Shown in pieces: positions 1-13,301 of a DNA stretch of 64,000 nt. Origin of the DNA: Eledone cirrhosa (taxonomy: Eukaryota). The notes beneath the pieces were generated by a model, which had not been told where the DNA came from, did not search any database, and worked only from the letters and a program-made list of their open reading frames with translations. The DNA is taken from contig OZ024763.1 of NCBI GenBank assembly GCA_964016885.1, positions 6,200,001-6,264,000 of the forward strand, written 5' to 3'. Position 1 is the first letter of the stretch. Each line of letters starts with the position of its first letter. Position numbers and translations under genes: made by a program.

Positions 1-329
1 TTCTTATTTTTTAACCCCTGCACTGCCTGCCAACAGCACCAGACACTTGAGTAACCAATTTATCTTGCCAAATTGATTAACAATTAATACAAATAGAAAT
101 ATGATGCATAATTAAACAAAAGGAAAATTTAATTATTTTATAACAAAGTTCAGCAACAAGAATTTTAAGTTTCAATTCTGTTTTATATTTATGATTTTAA
201 TCTTCAGCACGCTGTTGGTGACAATAGAGTAATCTCCCCTTAATAGACAATCAAGTGTCAAGGGAAGCAATTCATAAAAAAATTCAGCGTGCTGAAGATT
301 AAACAAATACAATCATTTTAAAAAGCTGG

Positions 330-1410
330 GTTTACAATAGGTGCACTGTATCCCTGTATATATCTGGTTTACCAATAGGTCTACTGTATCACTGTGGTGT
401 ATTTGGTTTACAATAGGTACACTGTATCCCTGTGTGTGCCAGGATTACAATAGGTACACTGTATCCCTGTGTGTGCCAGAATTACAATAGGTACACTGTA
501 TCCCGGTGTGTGCCAGAATTACAATAGGTACACTGTATCCCGGTGTGTGCCAAGTTTACAATAGGTACACTGTATCCCTGTCTGTGCCAAGTTTACAATA
601 GGTACACTGTATCCCTGTGTATCTGGTTTACAATAGGTACACTGTATCCCTGTCTGTGCCAAGTTTACAATAGGTACACTGTATCCCTGTGTATCTGGTT
701 TACAATAGGTACACTATATCCCTGTGTGTTTCTGGTTTACAATAGGTACACTGTATCCCTGTGTGTATCTGGTTTACAATAGGTACACCATATCCCTGTG
801 TGTATCTGGTTTACAATAGGTACACCATATCCCTGTGTGTATCTGGTTTACAATAGGTACACTATATCCCTGTGTGTACCTGGTTTACAATAGGTACACT
901 ATATCCCTGTGTATATCTGGTTTACAATAGGTACACTGTATCCCTGTGTATCTGGTTTACAATAGGTACACTATATCCCTGTGTGTATCTGGTTTACAAT
1001 AGGTACACTGTATCCCTGTGTATCTGGTTTACAATAGGTACACTATATCCCTGTGTGTACCTGGTTTACAATAGGTACACTGTATCCCTGTGTGTATCTG
1101 GTTTACAATAGGTACACTATATCCCTGTGTATATCTGGTTTACAATAGGTACACTGTATACCTGTGTGTTTCTGGTTTACAATAGGTACACTATATCCCT
1201 GTGTGTACCTGGTTTACAATAGGTACACTGTATCCCTGTGTGTTTCTGGGTTACAATAGGTACACTGTATCCCTGTGTGTTTCTGGGTTACAATAGGTAC
1301 ACTGTATCCCTGTGTATATCTGGTTTACAATAGGTACACTGTATCCCTGTGTTTCTAGTTTACAATAGGTACACTGTATCCCTGTGTGTATCAGGTTTAC
1401 AATTGGTACA
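330..1410. repeat. Minisatellite, 35-37-bp unit, about 29 copies
   Basis: Unit tttacaataggtacactgtatccctgtgtgtatctgg. Confidence 0.95.
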
Positions 1411-1820
1411 CATCTCATTGGGGGAGTGGGGAAAGACACAAATTTCTTTGTTTTTTTTTTAAGTAAAAGAAAATCATCATCATCACTATCAACATCATTA
1501 TCATCACCATCATTGTCCTCACTATCACCATCACCACAGTCACTATCAACATCAACATCACTATCAACAGTAAGACCAACATCATCATCATCATAATCAT
1601 CAAAATCACAAATGTCACCATAGTCACTATCACCACCATCAAACAAAGTTTTGTAATGCAATATATGTGTGTATATATGTATTGTTGCATACAGACACAC
1701 ATATATATATATATACACACACACACATATATATATATATACACACACACACACATATATACACACACACACACACACATATATACACACACACACATAT
1801 ATATATATACACACATATAT

Positions 1821-1853
<33 letters not shown>

Positions 1854-1945
1854 CCACACACACATATATATATATATATATACTGACCAAACCCATGCAA
1901 GCGTGGAAGATGGACATTAAACGATGATAATGATGATGATGATGA

Positions 1946-2067
1946 TACTGAATATAAGCCGAAGAATATGTGACCAAGAAATTGATGGTAAAATGGAAGG
2001 GGTTGGCATTTTTGCTCATTTCTCAAACACAAAATAGGGGTCAACTTATATTCGAGTATATAAGGTA
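1946..2067. mobile_element. Tc2/pogo-like MITE relic
   Basis: atactgaatataagccga ... tcaacttatattcgagtatataaggta imperfect inverted termini. Confidence 0.4.
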
Positions 2068-2679
2068 TATATATATATACATATGTCTGTAAATAAGCAT
2101 GTATGTATATCTATGTATGCCTGTGTGTGTGTGTATATACATGTATTGTTGTACACATACACACACATCTGAAGATATATCGCAATAGCAATGAAATTAA
2201 TTTTAAGCGGAAGCATTTGAAAACCAAATGGGTTAATAAACGAAGCATCGTCAAGTATTAAGGTTGTTAGATTAATAATTAAAAATAAACAAATTAATTA
2301 AACAAAAAGAATGAATAACGATTGTTAGTGTTGTGTTGTTTAGTTTTAACAAGATGGGATGATGATGGTGGTAGTGGTGGTAGTGGTGGTAGTGGTGGTG
2401 GTGGTAGTGATGTTGGTGATGATGGTGGTGGTGATGGTGGTAGTGGTGGTGATGGTGGTAGTCATGTTGGTGGTGGTGATAGTGGTGGTGGTGGTGGTAA
2501 TGGTAGTGTTGATGGTAGTCATGTTGGTGGTGATGATGGTGGTAGTGGTGGTGGTGGTGGTAATGGTAGTGTTGATGGTAGTCATGTTGGTGGTGATGAT
2601 GGTTGTAGTGGTGGTGGCAGTAGTGATGGTGGTTTCTAAATTAGGGAAGAGGGGTGGGAGAGTGGTTAGTCGAGTATAC

Positions 2680-4205
2680 CAACCCCAGTGCATTACTGGT
2701 GATATATTTTATCAACTCCGGAAAGACAAAAGGCAAAGTTAAACTTGATGGGATTTGAGCTATATTTATGGTAATTGTTTCTGCTTGTGGCACAAAGCCA
2801 GCAATTTGAGTGGAAGACGGGAAGTTGATTAAATTGACCCCAGTGCATTACTGGTACTTCATTTTATTGACTCTGGAAGGACGCATGGCAAAGCTACCCA
2901 CAGTGGGAATTGAAGTATAATTATGATAATAAAAATGCTTTCTGATTTATGCACAAGGCCAACAATTTGGTGGGGAAGGGAAAGTTGATTAAATCAACCC
3001 AGTGCATTACTGGTACTTTATTTTATCGGCTCCGTAAGGCAGGATTTGAATTCAGAATGTAAAAAAAAGATAACTATTTTGCAAATCATGTCGTCCAATA
3101 CTGCCAGTCCGCCACCCTAGGTAATAAGTGTTTCTACTTTTGGCACAAGGCCAGCAATTATCCCAGTGCATTACTGGTACTTTATTTTATCGACCCCTGT
3201 AATGATGAAAGGCAAAGTTAACCTCAGCGGGATTTGAACTCAAATTATAAAGGGGCGTAACTCTATGCTGCAAAGCATGGTGTTCGACGCTCTACCGATA
3301 CTGGCAATCCATAATGATAATTGTTAGGATTTATCTGCTGGATGATTTGAAATTTGAAATGTTGGAACCAAAACAGAGAAATCGCCACAAATGTCTAAAG
3401 CTGCTATAGGGATTGGCAGTAATCGGTAGAACGTCGGACACATGCTTTACAGCATACAGTTACATCCCTTCATGTCCTCTGAGTTCAATCCTGTCATTCT
3501 TTAGAAGTTGACAAAATAAAGTACAAGTAATCCACAGGGGTCGATTTAATCAACTTTTCCCCAGCCCAAAAATGTTTGGCCCTGTGCTTAAATAAGAAAC
3601 CATTATTGGTTTTATTCAAATCCCACCGAGGATAGCTTTGCCTTTCATCCTTATTTACGGGGTTCAATAAAATAAAGTACCAGTAATATACTGTTATAAT
3701 GGTGTGACACACCTGTTTAGTATATCTGTATAAAACGAGGGTAAAACTGAAGGTATTCACCAGGAGAGACTACAATGAGACTCCGTACACACAGTTCCCC
3801 GTGACAGTTCACTTCAGTTCTTATTTATAGAGTTTCACCTAATCCACTTTTAGTTATGCGGGGGTATTCAGGGATTTTTACCCACTGCATACACTGGGGT
3901 AGATTTAATCAACTTTTCCCCTTGTGCCTAAATCAGAAACAATTATTTATAATGATTTCTTCATTTGGATTCCAACATTTCAAAACAAAATAATAATAAT
4001 GGTTTCTGATTTAGGCACAAGGCCAACCATTTGAGGAGGAGGAGAAAGTCAATTAAATCAACCCAGTGTATTACTGGTACTTTATTTTATCGAACCCCGT
4101 AAAGATGAAAGGCAAAGCTAACCTCGACAGGATCTGAACCGAGAACGTATAAAACCCTAACTATATGTTACAAAGCATGTTGACCAATACTCTACCAATA
4201 ACTGT
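2680..4205. mobile_element. Cluster of about 7 copies of the abundant about 200-bp tRNA-derived SINE, both orientations
   Basis: Repeated gagttcaaatccc(g)ccgagg..tttgcctttcatcc..ggggtcgataaaataaagtaccagt..ggccttgtgcc. Confidence 0.8.
3692..3889. mobile_element. Possible solo LTR inserted in a SINE
   Basis: TG...CA ends, flanking tatac/tacac, splits the SINE motif gtaccagtaatac-tggggt. Confidence 0.35.
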
Positions 4206-4346
4206 CAATAATAATAAAAATAATAATAGTAAAAATAATAATAATAAAAATAACAACAACAACAATAATATTAGTAGTGGTATTCCTAAGAGGAGATGAT
4301 GATATCTAAATACAGAAAAAAAAAACAATACAAAAATCTCCCAGAC

Positions 4347-4397
4347 CTTTTCATTATTGTCCAGAAACGACAGCAGAGGAATCTTGTAGCAACAATT
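4347..4397 (-). CDS. Candidate 51-nt micro-exon (NCCYKIPLLSFLDNNEK)
   Basis: Unique sequence between repeats. Acceptor ttttcatccttacatttag, donor AAG|gtctgg, open in phase 0/0. No recognisable homology. Confidence 0.25.
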
Positions 4398-4966
4398 CTA
4401 AATGTAAGGATGAAAATAATTCATAAAAATATATAAAGATCAGGTTAGGAGCTGCAGCAAGTCATTCAGGAGCTGACGAGGGGGGGATTTAGCTGCTATT
4501 TTTTAGCTGTTAATGTCCATAACATCTGGTGCTTGTTTTTTTTAAAAATAATTTTTACAAGATTTCAGCAGTTGGGGTATGTATGTGTGTATGTATGTAA
4601 GGTGTGTATGTGTGGTATGAGGTGGTGTATATGTAAATGTGGTTGGCAGTAGGAAGGGGATCCAGCCAGATTGGTCTCCATCTTGCTTATATATGGTCCC
4701 ATTTTAACATGGCACCAACACTAGAGAGGTACATGTTCACATATATACAAACATGTATAACATACACATATATACAATACACACACACACACACACACAC
4801 ATACATATGATTAAATCTCCCAAAACTGCACCCCCCCTCCCCCACCACCATTTTAAAGGGTTCTTATTAAAAAATAAAATCATTTATGTGGTTTTAAAAT
4901 GTTTAATCTGTGTGTATGATTAAATGTTAGTTTTTTAAGACATGTCTATATTGACACACAATACAT

Positions 4967-5395
<429 letters not shown>

Positions 5396-5833
5396 ATATA
5401 TATTATTATCATCACCGTTTAACGTCCATTTTTCCATGCTTGCATGGGTCAGACGGGTCGTCTGTGTTGAGAGACCAGATTAGCCATGACGTACCGTACT
5501 CCAATGGGACAGTAAAATTGGCTGGGAATTTTACAGCTGGATGCCCTCCCTAACACCAACCACAGTGTGGGACTAGATGGCTCCGTTATGAGGAGGGACA
5601 GGCAGTTGGCCGCACTGAACCCTTCTCACAGTGGAACCGTTGTTTGGGAACCACATCCACAATTACAGTATGGTACCGGATGCCACTGCTATGGGGGACA
5701 GGCCAGTTGAAAGCGGCAAACCCTTCTCATAGCAGCACCATAGTTTGGGAGCCTGGAACTGTATGGCACCTCTATGAGGAGTGACAAGCCAGTTGGCTGC
5801 ACCAAACCCTTCTTACAGCAGAACCACACACAC

Positions 5834-5864
<31 letters not shown>

Positions 5865-6075
5865 TATGCACCTATATATATATACACACAGATATGCACC
5901 TATATATATACACACACATATGCACCTATATATACACACACACACACATATGCACCTATATATACACACACACCTATATACACACACACACATGCACCTA
6001 TATATACACACACACGCACCTATATATACACACACACACACCTATATATACACACACACACACGCACCTATATAT

Positions 6076-6113
<38 letters not shown>

Positions 6114-6232
6114 CGGTTGAAACATGTTAGTTTGACAAGAAACTCTTTAGTGTTTATTATTCTGTGTGTGTATATATATATAGGTGAAGCAGCTCTTCAA
6201 CTGATATAGAACACTCTTGTCTTTAGTACATT

Positions 6233-6265
<33 letters not shown>

Positions 6266-6623
6266 CACATATATATATTTACACACACACACGCATATAT
6301 ATATAAATAAATATATATACACTTATAAGTAACTAAATAGCTCTTCAACTGATATAGACCATTCTCATCATTTGTGTAAGTAGATTAAACACACACACAC
6401 ACACACACACACACACCAATGATTTTGTCAATTCATTGCCTAGCTGATATATGAAACCAGTGGTATGGCAATGGTTGAGAGAGACGCATTCAAACACTCG
6501 TACACAAACACCTGCAAACTCATACAAAATAAAAAGAAGAAGGATAAGATAAAAAGATATCAAATAAATATTAAAAAGCAAAAAAGGTATATAACCCCCC
6601 CCCCCCCCGCCCTGAACAGATGT

Positions 6624-6705
<82 letters not shown>

Positions 6706-6717
6706 ATAAAAGTTTAC

Positions 6718-6751
<34 letters not shown>

Positions 6752-8248
6752 TTTATCTTGTGATTCTATAGACATGTTTTATGATATATATATACATATA
6801 TATATCACACATCCATTGATATGGATTCTGAACACATGCACATGCTTAAGTCACATTAAGGTCAACTGCAGGAATCGGTGATAAGTTACAAAAGAGTGTG
6901 ATGACCAATGCCCTGGAAGTTGGCTTACCATGAGATTAGTCCGAAGAATAAAACCCAAGTCGTATGTTGACGAATATTCGTACTCCCGGCATGTTAATTG
7001 TAACATGCCGTCTTGGAGAGTAGAGTTTATTTTGTCGATATTTTGAGGTGTCGGATCGTGGGAAGATTAACACAAATTAAGATATAACTTCTCCCCCATT
7101 ATTGACACTTCGCAACAGTGAACATTACAAGGCCCTCTTTGTTTTCCGACTTATTATGGTGTGTTTTCTCGGGTTATGTCTACTATAGGGGAAAACAGGA
7201 TGGTTTTATTGAATTGCTTCAGTCATTCGAAGGGCTTTACAAACGGTGATATACAGGGTGCTTGAACAGTACCTGAATATGTTCACTCGATTATAATTTC
7301 TTCAATAATTGCGATGACTTCCTCAATTGTTCTGTGTTTATTCTTGAGTGCTAAGGCAGTAAGTTTGCTATTCTTATACACAAGTTTGTTGAATAAGTTT
7401 GATACTCTTCAAGCTCAAACTTCCCCGGCTTATTCACTCTGAATGAAGAAAGCTGGATGGAAGAAGGACTTATGGCTTAAACAGCTATTGATAGTTCCAC
7501 GCAAAAAATTGATCTGCAATAAACACACCTAGTAAAGATTTCTAGTGAAAATCCAGTATGTGTAATCAAGGTCGCTAGCATTTTCAAGTGCACTCTGGGA
7601 ACTGCGAATAACCCCACCTTTCCCGGGTTCGTTCTGCAGCTAATAATATAATAAAGGGAGGAGTGCGGAACTGTGTCCTGAATATATTATTTTATCTGTT
7701 GGTAAAATAAGTTGGATTACTTTGAATAAATAATGAATGAATATTACATAATTTATCTACTAAATTTTGTTATTCTTGATTAAATATAAATATTCTTATA
7801 TATAATGATTGTTTATTTTAAGATTCACTTCTTTTAAAATGTCAATATTTCCGTTTATGATATAACAGACGCTATATCACACCGCTTATATAAATGTTCA
7901 TATATTTGCATCGTTATATCATTTCATTTATAATTTTCTCCTTTTTTGTTATTATTACATTTCACCGTAATACAGTTTATATATAATATTGTCTTTTTTA
8001 AATGTATCATTGATTACTTTACTGATTACATAAGACAGTGTAACACAGTCTCTCTTCAATTTCTGCGCATATTGTCAATTACAATTTTATTTGACGTATC
8101 ATATCTACATGTATGTATACTTGCGTATAATATCAATATACACATTACACATGATACGCCCGAAGGGTGGTTTTTTTGTTAGTATATATAAGCAAGTATT
8201 GCACCAAGAAAAATAAAACGCCAACGAGAAGAGATTATGAATTTATTT

Positions 8249-8360
8249 GCTTTCACATATGTTTCTGTGTCTATTATAAATTGTCTACATATGCTGACTA
8301 CAAGATATACTGTTCAATCATATGCAATACATAATTATTTATTACACTTCATCAGAAAGC
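8249..8360 (-). ncRNA. Degenerate type I hammerhead motif with long stem II
   Basis: Minus strand reads gcttt-CTGATGA-(long hairpin)-GAAA-CATATGT-g-aaagc-aaataaa. Stem III ACATATGT is palindromic. Position 17 is G (non-canonical). Confidence 0.45.
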
Positions 8361-8409
8361 CTATAGTAGTAGAATTCAACTGTTCACTACGAGGTAAAAT
8401 TCAGTAATC

Positions 8410-8468
<59 letters not shown>

Positions 8469-9080
8469 TGCATAAACACACTCATTCATACACACACGTC
8501 AATTCTAGATTCATTCTTTTGAATGAAACAGTTCTAGTCCTGTTGAAGCCATTTCTATATTAAACATACATAGACACATACCTTCACCTCAACAATAAAT
8601 CATTCAATGCTACAACTAATTATTGTTTTATAATAGAAAAAACTTTAGATTGACAATGTTGAAATAACTTTGAACTTCACTACCACCACTACTGCTGTCT
8701 CTCCTACCACCACCACCACCACCACTACCACCACACACACAATGTAACAGGATGTGTTGTTATGTTGTTAAAATATAATGGCATCCTTGTTTAGGTGGTT
8801 TTGGAGGGGTTGCTGCTTAAAGGGTTAAACTGTATACAAACTACCACTACCACTATTATACACCATAAACAGTTACAGCCACCACCACTACCATACACTG
8901 CCATCAATACCACCACCATACATGCCACATGTATCACCACCACTACCACAAACCTCACACAGAATAAGACACTCCCACCACCACACAATATAAGAGGAGG
9001 TGTTATGTCAGTAACAACAATAAAATCCCATCCTTGTCAGTCGTATATTTCACACCACAGCTGACATATTTTAAGTACAT

Positions 9081-9304
9081 TTAACCCTTTAGCATTTAAA
9101 CCGGCTGTATCCGGCCAGAATTTTCTTATTTTCTCACCTCTTTCGGTTGAAACTGGTTGTAAATGGCTGCTCATACTGGCGTTAAGGTATTGTTCTCAAA
9201 ATAAATTACATCAAAATCTGGTAGATTCAATATTATGTGAGGTAAAGCCGTTACCATGAAAATACAATAGTATATATAGAGTAATGTAAATGCTAAAGGG
9301 TTAA
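9081..9304. mobile_element. piggyBac-like MITE
   Basis: TTAA-ccctttagcattta...taaatgctaaaggg-TTAA: terminal inverted repeats with a TTAA target duplication. Confidence 0.85.
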
Positions 9305-9675
9305 AAACCTGGACATAGAAACCAATGAGGAAGTTTCCTTAAAACTATATCTCCATTGATTTATCAATACTTCAGATGTCTTCTCCATATCTATGATACC
9401 GTCATCATTTTACCTAGCAACGGTTGGACGGGTCACCACGGCCAGATGTTAGATGTAATCAGATAACATCTGTATATCACCATCTGTTATCATTTCCGTT
9501 TTGCGTCATTTCTTCCATACATGCATGGGTTAGATGGGTTGTCCATGCTGGGAAGCAAGTCCGGCCATGGTTGGCCATGTTGCACCTTGCTCCGGCGGGG
9601 ACTATAAATTTGGCCAGGTATTTTACAGCTGGATGCCCTTCTTAACACCAACCACATATATATATATATATATGT

Positions 9676-10150
9676 ATGTATGGCTGCTCAGCATGGACCC
9701 TTACCTCAAAACTGGAAAGAAGATTAGATAGAGCTTACACTTGCATGCTAAGAGTGGCATTGAATATCACTGAGAGAGATTGTCTGACTAATGAGCGACT
9801 GTATGGGAACCTTCGTCCAGTATATATATATATGGCTGCTCAGCTTGGACACCTTACCTCAAAACGGGAAAGATTAGATGGAGCCAACACTCACATGTTG
9901 AGAGTGGCTTTGAATGTCACTTAGAGAGCTAACCAGACCAATGAGTGACTTTATGGGAACCTTCATCCAGTATCAGACATCAAAGAATATAGAGTCAGAC
10001 TGGCAGGACATTGCTGGAGAGTTAAAGACAAAATTGTTAGTGAAGTTCTTTTGTGGGGGAGCCAACACAAGGAAGAGCTAACAGAGGACAACAAGCCAAG
10101 ACCTATATCAAATTAATTTGTGATGACATAAACTGCAATCCATCTGACCT
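9676..10150 (+). mobile_element. RTE-clade LINE 3' ORF relic with an internal about 150-bp duplication
   Basis: YGCSAWTLTSKLERRLDRAYTCMLRVALNI...RLAGHCWR, interrupted by stops. Confidence 0.7.
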
Positions 10151-10509
10151 GCTGAAGGGCATCCAACCGTAGAAAACCTGCCAGATAGTTCTATACGAGT
10201 GAGACATGGTCACCCGACCAATCTTACCTCAAATGGGACAATTCCCGTCGAACCCATGCTAGCATGGAAGATAGACGTTAAACGATGATGACGCAGTAAA
10301 GAACACCAACCACCAATTCAAATATATCTTATTGTACCAAGGAATTCCCATCATATTCCACTATATATATCATCATTGTCTTTTTACATCAGTTTTTCCA
10401 CACTCAAATGGATTATTGGGTTCTTCTCAGTGCAGCTTCTCTCCACTCACCGTGTTCCTTTGTCAACTCATGAGTCTCAGTGATACAGATCAGGATTATA
10501 CTGGTTGAA

Positions 10510-10730
10510 ACTGATAAGGCCATAATTCAGCAAAGTATTCAATACTTGGGATAGTAGAGTGTAAGTATAGTAGAGAGTCAGGGCCCAACAGCTGAGCTCT
10601 TGCTGTTTCGACAGCATATTTCATACTGGTCCAACAGCTGAGCTCTTGTTGTTGTGACAGTAAATTCCAGTATGGAATTTGCTGTCGAAAGAGCAAGAGC
10701 TAAGCTGTTGGCCCTGACTTTCTACTATAC
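10510..10730 (-). mobile_element. Older, CpG-decayed copy of the fold-back family (inverted repeat 10565-10730)
   Basis: Imperfect arms of about 65 bp. gctgtcgaaacagcaagagctcagctgttggg aligns to gccgtcgaaacggctggagctcagccgtcgggg. Flank caaagtattcaatacttggg matches 38081-38100. Confidence 0.6.
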
Positions 10731-10752
10731 ATACATACATACATATATATAT

Positions 10753-10785
<33 letters not shown>

Positions 10786-11069
10786 CACAACATATTCCAT
10801 TGGCGGACCACTTTTGAACATCTGAAAAACTATTAGGGCCATCAATATTTATTAAGCATTATTCCAAAGACTCACCACAACTTCTTTCCATAACTGGGAA
10901 ATTATAACACACATGACCCTATCAGTGAAGCCCTTTAGTATAGGTCAACTAACAGAAAATTGTATTACGGTTCCGAAAAAAATTCTAAATAAGCCTACAA
11001 GGTGAAAATTAAAAATGGTCATCGCGGGCCACTTTGACTGGTCTGGCAGGCCGAATTGTGGCCCGCCCC

Positions 11070-12062
11070 TGGAATAGAATATCTATCATATGATGAGAGA
11101 TGGGAGAGAGATAACGAAAGGAATAGAGCATATATCATAAGATGAGAGATGGGAGAGAGAAACGAAAGGAATAGAGCATATATCATAAGATGAGAGATGG
11201 GAGAGAGATAACGAAAGAATAGAGCATATATCATAAGATGAGAGATGGGAGAGAGAAACGAAAGGAATAGAGCATATATCATAAGATGAGAGATGGGAGA
11301 GAGAAACGAAAGGAATAGAGCATATATCATAAGATGAGAGATGGGAGAGAGAAATGAAAGAATAGAGCATATATCATAAGATGAGAGATGGGAGAGAGAA
11401 ATGAAAGGAATAGAGCATATATCATAAGATGAGAGATGGGAGAGAGAAACGAAAGGAATAGAGCATATATCATAAGATGAGAGATGGGAGAGAGAAACGA
11501 AAGAATAGAGCATATATCATAAGATGAGAGATGGGAGAGAGAAATGAAAGGAATAGAGCATATATCATAAGATGAGAGATGGGAGAGAGAAACGAAAGGA
11601 ATAGAGCATATATCATAAGATGAGAGATGGGAGAGAGAAACGAAAGAATAGAGCATATATCATAAGATGAGAGATGGGAGAGAGAAATGAAAGGAATAGA
11701 GCATATATCATAAGATGAGAGATGGGAGAGAGAAACGAAAGGAATAGAGCATATATCATAAGATGAGAGATGGGAGAGAGAAACGAAAGGAATAGAGCAT
11801 ATATCATAAGATGAGAGATGGGAGAGAGAAACGAAAGGAATAGAGCATATATCATAAGATGAGAGATGGGAGAGAGAAACGAAAGGAATAGAGCATATAT
11901 CATAAGATGAGAGATGGGAGAGAGAAACGAAAGGAATAGAGCATATATCATAAGATGAGAGATGGGTGAGAGATAACGAAAGGAATAGAGCATATATCAT
12001 AAGATGAGAGATGGGTGAGAGATAACGAAAGGAATAGAGCATATATCATATAATGGGAGAGA
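11070..12062. repeat. Minisatellite, 47-49-bp purine-rich unit, about 20 copies
   Basis: Unit aatagagcatatatcataagatgagagatgggagagagaaacgaaagg. Confidence 0.95.
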
Positions 12063-12124
12063 GATATATTATAAAACCCCCCCAAAATTCAGAAACAAAC
12101 AAACAAAAAAAAGCAAAATCTTAC

Positions 12125-12376
12125 GAGTTCGTCTTTGTCTGATATCTGCCGTACGGTGCCATTGAAGGCCGAGGCTTGGCACAATGTCGCTAACTGCTCA
12201 AGGTGTCGTTTCTGTATCTCTATGGTTTGGTGATAATCCGAGCGGATCTCGTTCACCCTCTGTTGGACAGTGTCCGGATGTGTGGTCAGTCCGTCCGGAT
12301 CTAGGTGTCGTGTTACATTGAAACTTCCCTGGCCCTGGTTCTGTGGTGTGCTACATTGCTTTAACAGGGGTTGAAC
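12125..12376 (-). CDS. MTMR4: MTMR3/4 exon (LDxDGL motif and coiled coil)
   Basis: ...RHLDPDGLTTHPDTVQQRVNEIRSDYHQTIEIQKRHLEQL... resembles the pre-FYVE coiled coil of MTMR3/4. 252 nt, ttcag/gtaaga. The gene continues downstream. Confidence 0.85.
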
Positions 12377-12504
12377 CTGAAACAACAAAGGGGTAACAAT
12401 AATAATAAAAAAACACCATCATGAACACCACCATAATTATCAACATTGCCCCCTACCACCATCATAAATAAAAACATTAACCCCCCCCCATCATAAACAT
12501 CACC

Positions 12505-13235
12505 ACCATGAAAGGCAAAGCTAACCTTGGTGAAATTTGAACTCAGAACATAAAGGAACGTAACTCTATGCCACAAAGCATGTTGTCTGACACTCTACCG
12601 ATTACCACCAATCTAATGCACTTAAAAGTGTCTTCTTTTTTTTATTTGTTCACTTACTCCTCAAAATTTGAAGGGAAGGAGACAGAGTCGATTAAATCTA
12701 CCCCAGTACATTACTGGTACTTTATTTTATCGACCCCGGAAGGATGAAAGACAAAGTTCACCTCAGAACTTGACATACGTTTCTTGGGTATTTTAAACCT
12801 GGTCCGAGCCCATCCCTCTCCCGGCCTGAGCCCATCCCTCTCCGAGTACAGCAGATTTCTTCCAGAGAAAGATAGAAAGTGAGAGAGAGATATAGAAGAA
12901 GAATTGATCCCAGTACTAGACTGGTACTTTTTTTTTTAACGACCTCAAAAGGGAAAGTTGACCTCGGCAGGATTTGACCTCAGAGAGCAGAAAGTTGGAA
13001 CGAATACCATAAAACATTTTATCCGACGTTCTAACGACTCTGCCAATTAGAATTGTTTCTACTTTAGGCACAAGGCCAGCAATTACCCAGTGCATTACTG
13101 GTACTTTATTTTATCGACCCCGTAAGGATTAAAGGCAAAGTTAACCTCGGCGGGATTTGAACTCAGATCGTAAAGGGACGTAACTATGCTGGAAAGCATG
13201 GCGTCCGACCCTCTACCGATACTGCCAATCCACCA
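12505..13235 (-). mobile_element. Cluster of about 4 SINE copies
   Basis: Same consensus as the 2680-4205 cluster. Confidence 0.75.
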
Positions 13236-13301
13236 TATGATATTAATAATAATAAACAAATTTTCCATGTTGTACAGCAAAGGGAGATAAATGTGTCTTA
13301 C

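Noticed and set aside
330-1410. 37-bp repeat array superficially like CRISPR
   Set aside because: The units are contiguous with no unique spacers, the context is eukaryotic, and no cas genes are present.
543-2742. Many ORFs of 70-209 aa (YI/CV/HT/poly-V/G/T), here and throughout the window
   Set aside because: They are translations of micro- and minisatellites that lack stop codons; no protein signal.
10451-10510. Strong minus-strand donor CACG|GTGAGT
   Set aside because: Both nearby acceptors give stops in the required phase-0 frame, and the site abuts a repeat.
13095-13301. C-terminal extension of the 532-aa ORF
   Set aside because: It is read-through past the gtaaga donor into intron and SINE sequence.
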